Of a stretch of DNA of 64,000 nt, positions 33,438 through 45,800 are shown one piece after another. The stretch is from contig CATNEN010000007.1 in assembly GCA_950097015.1 (NCBI GenBank), positions 11,346,001 to 11,410,000 of the forward strand, read 5' to 3'. The position numbers and the translations under genes were made by a program. This stretch comes from Macrostomum hystrix. Taxonomy: Eukaryota > Animalia > Platyhelminthes. Position 1 is the stretch's first letter. Each line of letters starts with the position of its first letter. The notes under the pieces were generated by a model. That model ran no database searches. It saw only the letters and a program-made list of their open reading frames with translations, and was not told where the DNA came from.

Positions 33438-34660
33438 AAACGACGGGCGCCCGAATTCCACATGTCGCTCCGAAAGACCGACGACCCTCACCCCAGGTCC
33501 TCTGGCCTATTCTTGTGCATTGGCAGAGAATCGTGGAGGGGCTAAGAAAGACTTGAGCACTGCCCTTACAATATCAGCGGACTCTCTCATCACCGCCTTT
33601 TCCTGAGAGCGGAGGCTTTGCTGGACAAGAATCGGGCGGACAGAGCTGGACCGCAAGACATAGAAAGCACTTGCCCTGGCTGCGGTCCCTCTCCAGTCTG
33701 AGTCTGCTCAGCCAATAATGTTATTTTCATTTTCTTTGAAAATTGCTTCAGTTTGCAAAAATCTTTCAAAATTGTGCAGGTGAAGTGGAGCGAAATTATT
33801 CCATTCGAGTGCATGTCTTCTTGTCGAGAATCCTAGACGCCCCCCCTAGTGTCCTCCTAGGAACGATGCAACACTGCAACGATGCAACAATGCAACGTTG
33901 CAATTTTCGCTAGACAAAGTGCCAACAGTAAAACTTTTGCTACCCAAATTTTTGGATGTTTTCTAGTTGATTTTGAGTCTAGCTGTGGGTGAATAAAGCC
34001 TCAGGATAAAACTTGTATATTGCAAAGTACTTTTTTAGACAGTCAGAACCATCGCTGGGCAAGCTAGGATACTGTTAACTTGTCTAAGGAGGCCCAATCT
34101 CGTAAGGGTCCGGCGTTGCTGTATTCGCAAAAGAATTCACCAAGAATATCTTCAAAAAGCCCAATAAAACTACTTGTCCTTCAGCACGAACGCAACAGCG
34201 ACGGCTTCCAGCGATCTCGCACTCCTGAGAGCTGCAAAGGTCGACATTAGCAAACCATATTCACTGAACTGTTAAGCGTCAAGCGTATGGCTGCTCCCAG
34301 AAGTTTGACAAGTGTAGATCAAATGCTGCTCAATTAAACAGTTCGCGTAAAAATGGGCATCGCTGATTATGTATTTGGACTGGTATGAGTACTAGCGCTC
34401 AGAAATCTGGGTAGCATCGCATAGTGACTCCATCGCTGTGCTTCATGACATCATCATTCAGTTAGAAGGGGCTCGAGACACTGACATTAAATCTGCTCAC
34501 TTTGATGCTCGCTGATTCAGGCGCGTTTAAATCACTGAAAAACGATATGGGGAAATCATTAATAGGCCCACAGGTTAACATGTTTTCACTTAAAACCCTA
34601 AACACTTCTCTATGTGCTAATTAATTGTTGCCTGGTTTCAAAGGCCATTGCTATCTTTGG

Positions 34661-34990
34661 TAATAATAATAATAAGAATGTGGACGATGGCACATCATTT
34701 GGTGACAGTAGCCCCGCAGCCAGCAAGGAGGCAATTCTGCCCATTTCGCTGACTCCTGAGCACACACACACATATACCGTACGCAGGCACACACTCACAC
34801 AGGTGTGTACATCTGCCCTGACTTTATCATCGTCAGGCAGCGTACACTTCACTGTGCCTTCGAGGTAGGCCCTCAAAGGCGTAAATTGCATGACAAGCTG
34901 CGCCTTAAATGAATGTAGTCTCCCCACGGAATTGAGCTTAGGGACCTTGGTGCGAGAGGCAAACGCCTTAGACCGCTCTGCCACTGACCC
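34661..34990 (-). mobile_element. tRNA-derived SINE copy
   Basis: Head TGGCAGAGCGG...GCTCAATTCC (A/B-box-like), body GTGTGAGTGTGTGCCTGCGTACGGTAT shared with three other loci, (ATT)n tail. Confidence 0.75.
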
Positions 34991-36645
34991 CGCTATCTTA
35001 GGTACTGGTGTACAGTATGACTAAGTAATCGGCAGGTGACGAATTAAGTACTGGATACCATCACTCGGTGATGGTACTTTTTCTAATTTTGCTCTATCTC
35101 TGATAATAAAACTAGATCTGATCATGCTTCTTAACTCTCTATCTTGTCCTTAATCTTGACTTTCCTCAACAAATCTATCCCATCGTTTCAATACTCATTC
35201 AGAAAGTTCAAACTGACGAATTAACATATTTATTTCATACTTTACACTTTCTACATATTAAAATTCCTGAGGTCAGATTCGACGCAAGGTGCTACTCGGT
35301 TGTATCTGTGGCTGTGGCTCGTGAAGCAGAGGGCAGGTGTCTTAGCCTTGTACTAAGGGCTTGGGTTCATAAAAATCGCGCGGTTGAGGTGAGACAAGCC
35401 TTGTGGCTTCTCGTACACCTTTAAGTACAGCGAATGTTGAAACTGCCTGAAGTTAGGGCAAATGAACACCAGAAGAACCATAATGACCTTGCAACATTCC
35501 TTTGAGCGTTCGCGGTCTGATTAATTAGCAGAATTGTTATTCTGCTGCAGAAAAACGCTGCGACGCTGCCAAAGGAATTACACTAGCGTACCAACAGGCT
35601 TCTGCTGCGAATCCCGAGCACTTAAATTCACTGCAGTGAATCCGGTCAAATCTGCAAGCGCAAATTTGTTTCCACTTGGGTTTGCTGCTCCAATTCTAAA
35701 AGTTTAAACATTGAAAATGCTTTCTGAAAAAAAAACGAATTTTCAAGTGCTAACTGCAATATCCAGCTAGCAGTGCCGCTATCGGGTTTAGACGGCAGCA
35801 GGACTATGGAATAACAGGAGAATCAGCCGACCTCGGATCAACAATGTTCTGACGCGCTTGCAGTTTTGGGGCGGGGGCAGGAACTTCTCCCCCGCTGATC
35901 TGGCAATCGATTTGCCGATTACCAAGACCTTTACCAGAGCCTAGAAACCGGGTGATTCTGGCCGTGAGGAGTGTTTTCGCCCGAGCCCCGAACCGCAGTG
36001 TAGGATTGGGAAGACGTGGCTGGCCTAGCAGCGTGAAGTGGAGCGGAAGGGAAGCCCGGGCTGAGCCAGCAGCTGTTTGGCACGTCTCTTCAGCCTGCCA
36101 GCTCTGGGCAGCGCTGGAGCTGGGCTGCTCAGGGAAACTGCGGAATTTTCTGCGAGGCCTAACTTCCCTCGAAGATCGATTCAGAATATTTTCAGTAATT
36201 TCGCATTTTTTGTATACGAGCTATGTGAAATCGGATCTAAATTGCGTGGGCAGATTAAACTGCCAAGAGCCATTTGGGGCAGTGCGCCCAACACGCTGTG
36301 TCAGCGACTTTTCTAACTTGCCGACTTTACGTGGGTATAAAATATTAAGCTTTGAACCTTGATGCCGATCTTTAAACTAAGCAAAAAAATTTAGAATATT
36401 ATATTTACTAAGACTCATTCTGCAACACTAAAACAATTGTTCATGCGAAATGGGACTCCGGCTCTTAAAGAGCCACCTTTTAGGACAATTGAGCTTAAAT
36501 GCTCGTGCACGTGCAATCCAGCAAAGCTTTTACTGGGCCTAAAATTATCCTTTCGTATTTCAGATTTCGTATTTCGTATTTTGGATTATGATAACAAAAT
36601 GTATTTTCATTGTTTTAGTCGCACCAAAAAACTGAGAAAAACAAA

Positions 36646-36687
36646 TTTATTGAACTTTACTGCGTCAACGAGGATTCGACCTTTATT
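36646..36687 (-). terminator. Putative polyadenylation signals of gene B
   Basis: Two minus-strand AATAAA (36687-36682, 36651-36646) downstream of the stop at 36818. Confidence 0.5.
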
Positions 36688-36817
36688 TGTAGCTTCAACA
36701 CAAGACTCAGTCATCAGAGTACCACCGCAGGCGGTCCCCGTAAAGCAGAGAGAAAATAATCCAACACCCGCTTAAAAGTTCAGTTTTGGAGTAAAAAGTC
36801 CCTTTCGGGTATTCCGC

Positions 36818-39800
36818 TCATTGCTTCTTGGATTTGACGCTCTTCCTGCTTGAAGATCGTCTCTTCCTTCGCGCAGCGCGAGCAGCCCTCCTCTTGCTCC
36901 TGCGTCCGCTCCGCTTGGCCCGGACACAACGCGCCACCAGACGACGGTTTTTCCTTCGGAAGGCGCCTCGTCTTCTGTACAGCCGGTGCAGCTTTCTCAG
37001 CTTATGCTTGAGCTTGCGAGTGAGCTTGGGAGCGACAGCTCGGCGCTTCCGGCGGCTGAGTTTCGTCAGCCGGCGGCGGGCTGCTACGAATTTCTTGATC
37101 TGACGTTTGGCCGCACGGCGGAATCGACGGTGAAGCTTGGACCGCTGCCTCCTGACAACGCATCGAGAGCCCTTACCACAGCGCTTCTTGCTGCAGGGGT
37201 CTAGAAAATATATTTCATGGGAGGGAATGAAATGAAATAAGGCTTGCTTACTTAAAAGTAGCAAATTTAGTGTATGAAGCTAAATATGTACAGTATTCAT
37301 ATTTCAGTTTTGATGAGTGAGTGCTAACGAAGATGAGTGCTGCATCCATGCGAGTGCATCACCCAACCTCACGTAAGGTGTTTGGTTGATTTATGGGGCT
37401 TTAACTTCAAGAGGCTCACGGGGCTCTCCTCACTAATTTAGAAAACGAGAAAGAGTTTCGAAGTGAGGAACTCACTGGTTCGCTTCTTGACGCAGGTTGC
37501 ACGTGCGTGAAAACGTCTTTTGTGTCGCAGGAATCGTCTGGAGAAGCGCCTAGCCGCGCGCCAAAAGCGACGTTTTAGCGCAGCCCTCTGTCTTCGGAAG
37601 GCTCTTCGCGACCGGATTCGATATCTGTGCAGCTTTCGTCGAACTGAGCGTTTCACAGCCCTGACGCGCTTGGTGAGCTTGCGACCGCGGTGACGCTTGC
37701 TGATGGATCGGCGAACCTTTTTGTACTTCTTCGACACTCGTCTAGCAAAGCGTCGCCTCTTGTTGCGCAGATGCTTGATCAGGCGCCGAGTCTGGCGTCT
37801 GAGGCGCCTTCGGTTAATTCTTGCGTACCAACGGTAAATTCGGAATGCACGAGTAGGCACCCTTCTGACAACGCATCGCCTGCCCTTGGAGCACTTCACC
37901 TTGCTGCACTTGCCTACAATGACATGTTATGATCACGCAAATTATTTATAATTTTGTATTTGTAGGTTTTACTGTTCGAGTGCAACAAGTATATTCCTTT
38001 TTCATTAAAGTACATGACACAGCTGTAAATAGTGTACTTACTGGCTTTTCTTACACAGCGACCAACAGTTGTGGTCTTTCCATTCTTGGCCTTGATCTTC
38101 TGCACCTTGCATCTGTATCCGCGACTGCAGCGCTTTCTCCGGCAAGGATTGACGGACACGCAGAAGGCTCGGCGGACAAAGCGACGTCTGTAACGCCTAG
38201 ACCTCTTGAACCTTCGAAGCCGCTTTTTTAGGGCCTTCGCAACGGTGACCCTTCGCTTGTAGAAGGATACGACTGCGCGCTTCAGTGTTCTTCGGTACCC
38301 ACTTCGGATCTTTCGGTAACGCTTCAGAATTCTCTTCTTGAGCTTCTTCCTGTCGGCAGCTGTGGTCTTCTTGGCCCTTCGGTAAGCCGCCTTCAACTCG
38401 CGGAGCTGTCTTGCAACTCGCCTTTTCAATGAGTTGACGCGACGGGCAAATCTGCGTGCGTTTCTTCTGAACTTTCTGAAGACCGACTTTCTGACTCGCT
38501 TTTTCGACTTGGCGTATTTGCGTAGACTGCGTCTTGACACCCTCCGGATGGTCCGCCTGAACTTCCTTCGGAAGCGGCGAGCGGCCCGTCTGTATCTGCC
38601 CCATAGGAAGGAGCGAGATTTTCTGGCTCGTCGAACAGATCGGGACCTGGATTTGCGGCTACCCTTTCTGGCTCTCCTGTTACGGCGCGTAACAATCAAT
38701 CTTCGAAGAGCTCGGCCGAACCAGCGTTTAAAAGATTTGACAGCTCGTCTCCTGCGTCGCTGCAGACGTCTGCTCTTGTACTGTCTACGCAGCTTGCGGA
38801 GTCTTGGAATGTAGCGCACAATTCGGGAGCGCAGTCGCTTGTTGCCGCGTTTCACGCTTCTTCTGTACCGCCTGAACCAACGGCGGGGAACGATAGTCGA
38901 GACGCAGCGCTTGCCCGAGCCGCACTTGACGTTCTTGCAGGACCCTAAAATTGACACGATGAATGTTCATTTTACTGCTGAAAGCCTAATTTTCAATATT
39001 TATCTATAACTTAATAACTCACTCTTGACTCGCCGGATGCATCGAGCTACAACCTTAACTCGCTTCTTGAATGCTGCTTTCCTTCCGTATTTTTTTCGCA
39101 GCGCCTTAAGCTTCCTAGCAAAACGCCTTCTTGCAAGCTTAACGGAACGTCGGTACTGTCTGCGAGCAGCTCTCCTGGCTCGCCTGAGACTCCTCACTCT
39201 GCGTCGCAGAGCTGCCCTCGGAGTGCGTCTGGCAGCAGCGCTCTTGGCCCGCCTAAGAACGGAACGGTGTCTGGCGAGGTGCTTTCGGAACTGTCTTGAA
39301 GACCTGCGGGCCTTGTCATACAGTGAGCTGAGCAGCCTTTGGCGAACCGCGCGATAAGACTTAGACAGGATTCGTTTCTCTTGGCGGAAGGCCGCAAACT
39401 TCTTGGAGAAACGCTTTACGTTTCTGCAGGCAAAGCCTGATTTGCACTTAACGCGGTAGCAGTGGTTGACTGCGCACTTTGCGATGTGCTTCACAAATCG
39501 ACGTCTTCTGTATCTTCGGGAGAGACGTGCAGCTCGCTTTCTGAAGTTCCTTCTGAGGCGGCGGAGAGCTTTCTTAAAGCCTCTTCTTTGCTTGCGAAGC
39601 TTGGATCGAAGGAAGCTTCTGCGACGCTTCCAAGCCTTTCTCAGACCCTTCACTTTTTTTGCGTTGTTTGCCTTGGCAGCTATAGCAATGACCTTGCGAC
39701 TCGCCTTGGCAACCAGCTTGTAAGCTGCGTGGGCGTTTCGCCTGCTTCTTCTGAAGCTCGCACGAAGAGCGTTTCGCCTTGAGTGATAGCCGCGGAAAAT

Positions 39801-42800
39801 CTTGCGTCTGATTGAACGGAACTTGCGTCCAGTCTTGGTCAGGGTGCGCCTGACAATACACCGGGAGCCTCTTGCACAACGCTTTCTGGAGCACAAGACT
39901 GAAATCCAAAATATTAGCATCATTTTTTGGGAGGCCTGTGGGCACTCGCACATCATTTGGTAACAGCCGACCCGCAGCAAGCGAGAAGGCAACTGTACCA
40001 ATTATGCTTGCTCCTGAGCACACACGCACACAGATACCGTACGCAGGCACACACTCACCCATATGACTTTCTCTTCGTCAGGCATTGTACAATCTCACTG
40101 TGCCTTGGAGGTTGGAGGCACGACAAGCCCCCAAGCTTTCTCTCCACGGCTGCGCACCAAATAGTTGTGGCCTCGCCGCGGAATCGAGCTCAGGGACTTT
40201 GGTGCGAGAGGCAAACGCGTTAATCACTATGCCACTCCCCTTAAATCCGAAAGTCGCAACGTAATGTCTGAGATGACACTCTGATAGCATCTTAGACTAA
40301 AATGAAAAAATCCCCATCAATTAATATACCTTTAGGTCTGACGCATCTGGCGACAAAACGTCGGCTGCGACGAGACAGTCGTTGGGCGACACACACGCGT
40401 CCTCTGCGGCATCTCCTGTTTTGGCACACACCTGAAAACCATATTTTGTATATATCGGATTAGTGTTAGAAAGCAAAACCATATGAGCTTCCGATAAGTA
40501 AAATGCATAAGCTGACTTACTCCTACGCCGCCGTCGGACACATCGGGCCTTTAGACCAGTCGCTCGTCTTAGTCGACGCTGTAGGAATGCTGTGGAGCGT
40601 CTGTATCTCCTACTCAGCTTAGCAAGGTAAAGTCTGTGCCTTCGGACCCTCTGGTCCCTCTGCCTTCTCTCTGCTGCAGTGGGGGTGGTCGACTTGCATC
40701 GGTAGTTGATCTCCATGTACTTAAAAGTTCCGACGCAGGGATCACCGAAGAAGGAGTTGCTTGCCAGCACTGAACACGACGCTTTACCCTGGCATGCTTT
40801 TCTGACCAAGCTGTCAGCGTTTCCAGATCGGCAGCTGATCGAGTGGATTGGTCCGTTCTTGCACAAGCTGTTGGTTGTACGGCCGTAGAGGGCAGACAGC
40901 ACTTCGATTGAGGACCCGGAAGTGCATCTCAGAGTGGAAGATCCATGCTCACATGAGCGAGCCAGGTGGGTGCCTGTTTGAATTAAAATACTCAACGTTC
41001 AAAAACGACTGCGTCAGAATGACAAGTCAGAAGGGTGGTTCGAAGCCGAACTCACCACTGTATCTTGTAGTTCTTCTAGCAAAAGCGCTAAGGTAGGCAT
41101 TGATGCGCTTGACGGATGCAGCCCTGCGCCTGTTGTAAGTCGCTGTAACTTTGGCCAGCAGTCGGTTGTATCGCCTGGAAGCTCTCAGCCTCTGGGATCG
41201 AGAGAAGCGGTATCGAGCAACACAGCGCCTGTTGCGGCCGCAGCGGGCAACCTCGCATGGGGCTGCGTATGGCAGAGAATCAATGATTTTACACGGCAAT
41301 GAGAATCAAGGGCATAGACTTCCATGTACACATATATTCCATGCACTAAGAATTCTAGATTTACGCTTACACTTGATTGCTTTGCACCTGGCGGTTCGGA
41401 CATTTCTGATCGCAGCGCCAACCCGAAGCCTGGTGTTAGTAACAACACAACGCTGACCTCGCTTGCAGACTGCCTTGCCACACAGTCCTGTGGAATGTTT
41501 TCAATGTTTTTCATGTGAAACGAAAATAAAATGAAATAACTGCGATGTCTATCATTCTATATGTAATTTTAGTTCGAAATTTACAACTTACGTCGTGGCT
41601 TTCGGACGCAGGTTGGACGATAGGCCAACTTGCCGATGAATCTCAGCTTTCTCAGTGCGCAGCGGCGTCGTCTGCCACACCTGACTCGCTTGCAGATTGC
41701 TGAATGAATTGTTTGGGTATAGATATTAATTGAAGTATTATTCAAGTTAAAATTTAATTGAAGTGTAGTATATAATAATAACGCATACCTGAACTAGCGG
41801 TGGCGAAAGCGCAGCGACCAGTTGTAGAGTGATACTTGTTGAAAATCCTCAGGATCCTAGCCTGCCTTCGTGAGTAATTCTTGGCCAGTCGGGCCAGCTG
41901 AGCCTGGAGGCGCTGCTGTCTGAGCGATCGCTCCTTAAGCATTGCTGGAGTGGGGTTGAATGTCTTGCATCGGTAGCTGATCTTCATGTACTTGTACGTG
42001 CCGACGCAGGGGTCACCAAAGACGGAGTTGCTGCTGCTGATTCTGCATGACTGTCTACCCTGGCACGAGCTTCTCACTCGGGAGGTTGCCGATGCCGCTG
42101 AGCAGTGTGTCGTTTTGATAGATTTGCTTGGACATTCAATCTTGTTGGAGCGGCCATAGAAACCAGACAGAATTTCGATTGTGTAACCATTCGGGCAGCT
42201 GATGGAAACAGTGGAGTGCTCACAAGCATGTTTGTTGCTTCTGCCTGCAAGTGTATTACTCTGCGAGTTAGTTTACTTCACAGACTTGTTTCATATCAGA
42301 CCTAATAGTAATCGATCAGAAAATAGGACTTACCCGTGTAGGATGCGACAGGTTTTCTTAGGAACGCGTCAAATTCAGCCTGGGCCTTTGCCCTCTTAGC
42401 CCTGTACTGATTCAGAGCGCTGGCTGAACGACTTCTGTACGCCTTGGCTGCAGCTGCCCTTACTCGGGCCGAATAGCGGTAGCGGCGGAAGCAGGAAGTG
42501 CCACGACCGCAACGGAACTTGCCGCACTTGGCCAATTTTCTGTTTCTTCTGTTAGCTGAGAACATTAAAATACGAGCGGAGAATGTAAATTGAAGTGCTT
42601 AGTGTCAAGCGGCCTATTTATATACAAAAAAATTATTTTGCTTATATTATCTACGGCTCGTACTTCTAAAAACATTACTCACCTCGTCTTCTGGCGAATC
42701 CCCTTCTAGAATTGCGCCTTCGATTCTTTAGAGCTCTTCTTGCTCTTCTCAAAGCTCGTCTAATGCGCCTGGAAACCCGTCCTGATTTCTTCGAAGATCT

Positions 42801-45800
42801 TCTCCTTGTCACGCGTCTCCTCTGAGTACCTCGTCGCCTTCTAATAACAAGTCTCCTGATGGAACGCCTTCTACGTCCGAAGAAGCGCCTGGCCTTTCTG
42901 GAGCCTCGTCTAACGCGTCTTGAGAATCGTCTGGCCCGCTTGATAGCTCGTCGGCTTCCGATCACAAGTCTCCTTCTGATGGAACGCCTTCTACGTCCGA
43001 AGAAGCGCCTGGCCTTTCGGGAGCCTCGTCTAACGCGTCTTGAGAATCGTCTGGCCCGCTTGATAGCTCGTCGGCTTCCGATCACAAGTCTCCTTCTGAT
43101 GGAACGCCTTCTACGTCCGAAGAAGCGCCTGGCCTTTCGGGAGCCTCGTCTAACGCGTCTTGAGAATCGTCTGGCCCGCTTGATAGCTCGTCGGCTTCCG
43201 ATCACAAGTCTCCTTCTGATGGAACGCCTTCTACGTCCGAAGAAGCGCCTGGCCTTTCGGGAGCCTCGTCTAACGCGTCTTGAGAATCGTCTGGCCCGCT
43301 TGATAGCTCGTCGGCTTCTGATCGCAAGTCTCCTTCTGATGGAACGCCTTCTACGTCCGAAGAAGCGCCTGGCCTTTCGGGAGCCTCGTCTAACGCGTCT
43401 TGAGAATCGTCTGGCCCGCTTGATAGCTCGTCGGCTTCCGATCACAAGTCTCCTTCTGATGGAACGCCTTCTACGTCCGAAGAAGCGCCTGGCCTTTCGG
43501 GAGCCTCGTCTAACGCGTCTTGAGAATCGTCTGGCCCGCTTGATAGCTCGTCGGCTTCCGATCACAAGTCTCCTTCTGATGGAACGCCTTCTACGTCCGA
43601 AGAAGCGCCTGGCCTTTCGGGAGCCTCGTCTAACGCGTCTTGAGAATCGTCTGGCCCGCTTGATAGCTCGTCGGCTTCTGATCGCAAGTCTCCTTCTGAT
43701 GGAACGCCTTCTACGTCCGAAGAAGCGCCTGGCCTTTCGGGAGCCTCGTCTAACGCGTCTTGAGAATCGTCTGGCCCGCTTGATAGCTCGTCGGCTTCCG
43801 ATCACAAGTCTCCTTCTGATGGAACGCCTTCTACGTCCGAAGAAGCGCCTGGCCTTTCGGGAGCCTCGTCTAACGCGTCTTGAGAATCGTCTGGCCCGCT
43901 TGATAGCTCGTCGGCTTCCGATCACAAGTCTCCTTCTGATGGAACGCCTTCTACGTCCGAAGAAGCGCCTAGCCTTTCGGGAGCCTCGTCTAACGCGTCT
44001 TGAGAATCGTCTGGCCCGCTTGATAGCTCGTCGGCTTCCGATCACAAGTCTCCTTCTGATGGAACGCCTTCTACGTCCGAAGAAGCGCCTGGCCTTTCGG
44101 GAGCCTCGTCTAACGCGTCTTGAGAATCGTCTGGCCCGCTTGATAGCTCGTCGGCTTCCGATCACAAGTCTCCTTCTGATGGAACGCCTTCTACGTCCGA
44201 AGAAGCGCCTGGCCTTTCGGGAGCCTCGTCTAACGCGTCTTGAGAATCGTCTGGCCCGCTTGATAGCTCGTCGGCTTCCGATCACAAGTCTCCTTCTGAT
44301 GGAACGCCTTCTACGTCCGAAGAAGCGCCTGGCCTTTCGGGAGCCTCGTCTAACGCGTCTTGAGAATCGTCTGGCAAGCTTGATAGCTCGTCGGCTTCTG
44401 GTCGCAAGTCTCCTTCTGATGGAACGCCTTCTACGTCCGAAGAAGCGCCTGGCCTTTCGGGAGCCTCGTCTAACGCGTCTTGAGAATCGTCTGGCAAGCT
44501 TGATAGCTCGTCGGCTTCTGGTCGCAAGTCTCCTTCTGATGGAACGCCTTCTACGTCCGAAGAAGCGCCTGGCCTTTCGGGAGCCTCGTCTAACACGTCT
44601 TGAGAATCGTCTGGCCCGCTTGATAGCTCGTCGGCTTCCGATCACAAGTCTCCTTCTGATGGAACGCCTTCTACGTCCGAAGAAGCGCCTGGCCTTTCGG
44701 GAGCCTCGTCTAACGCGTCTTGAGAATCGTCTGGCAAGCTTGATAGCTCGTCGGCTTCTGGTCGCAAGTCTCCTTCTGATGGAACGCCTTCTACGTCCGA
44801 AGAAGCGCCTGGCCTTTCGGGAGCCTCGTCTAACGCGTCTTGAGAATCGTCTGGCAAGCTTGATAGCTCGTCGGCTTCTGGTCGCAAGTCTCCTTCTGAT
44901 GGAACGCCTTCTACGTCCGAAGAAGCGCCTGGCCTTTCGGGAGCCTCGTCTAACACGTCTTGAGAATCGTCTGGCCCGCTTGATAGCTCGTCGGCTTCTG
45001 ATCGCAAGTCTCCTTCTGATTGAAAGCCTTCTACGTCCGAAGAAGCGCCTGGCCTTTCGGGAGCCTCGTCTAACACGTCTTGAGAATCGTCTGGCCCGCT
45101 TGATAGCTCGTCGGCTTCTGATCGCAAGTCTCCTTCCGATTGAACGCCTTCTACGTCCGAAGAAGCGCCTGGCCTTTCGGGAGCCTCGTCTAACGCGTCT
45201 TGAGAATCGTCTGGCCCGCTTGATAGCTCGTCGGCTTCCGATCACAAGTCTCCTTCTGATGGAACGCCTTCTACGTCCGAAGAAGCGCCTGGCCTTTCGG
45301 GAGCCTCGTCTAACGCGTCTTGAGAATCGTCTGGCCCGCTTGATAGCTCGTCGGCTTCCGATCACAAGTCTCCTTCTGATGGAACGCCTTCTACGTCCGA
45401 AGAAGCGCCTGGCCTTTCGGGAGCCTCGTCTAACGCGTCTTGAGAATCGTCTGGCAAGCTTGATAGCTCGTCGGCTTCTGGTCGCAAGTCTCCTTCTGAT
45501 GGAACGCCTTCTACGTCCGAAGAAGCGCCTGGCCTTTCGGGAGCCTCGTCTAACGCGTCTTGAGAATCGTCTGGCAAGCTTGATAGCTCGTCGGCTTCTG
45601 GTCGCAAGTCTCCTTCTGATGGAACGCCTTCTACGTCCGAAGAAGCGCCTGGCCTTTCGGGAGCCTCGTCTAACACGTCTTGAGAATCGTCTGGCCCGCT
45701 TGATAGCTCGTCGGCTTCCGATCACAAGTCTCCTTCTGATGGAACGCCTTCTACGTCCGAAGAAGCGCCTGGCCTTTCGGGAGCCTCGTCTAACGCGTCT

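Noticed and set aside
36818-37201. Genes A and B being one continuous gene
   Set aside because: B ends in an in-exon stop with poly(A) signals, and A has its own TATA, 5' UTR exon and signal peptide.
37308-37335. Hammerhead-ribozyme-like TTGATGAG...CGAAG
   Set aside because: Both conserved core boxes are mutated and I could not find stems I and III.
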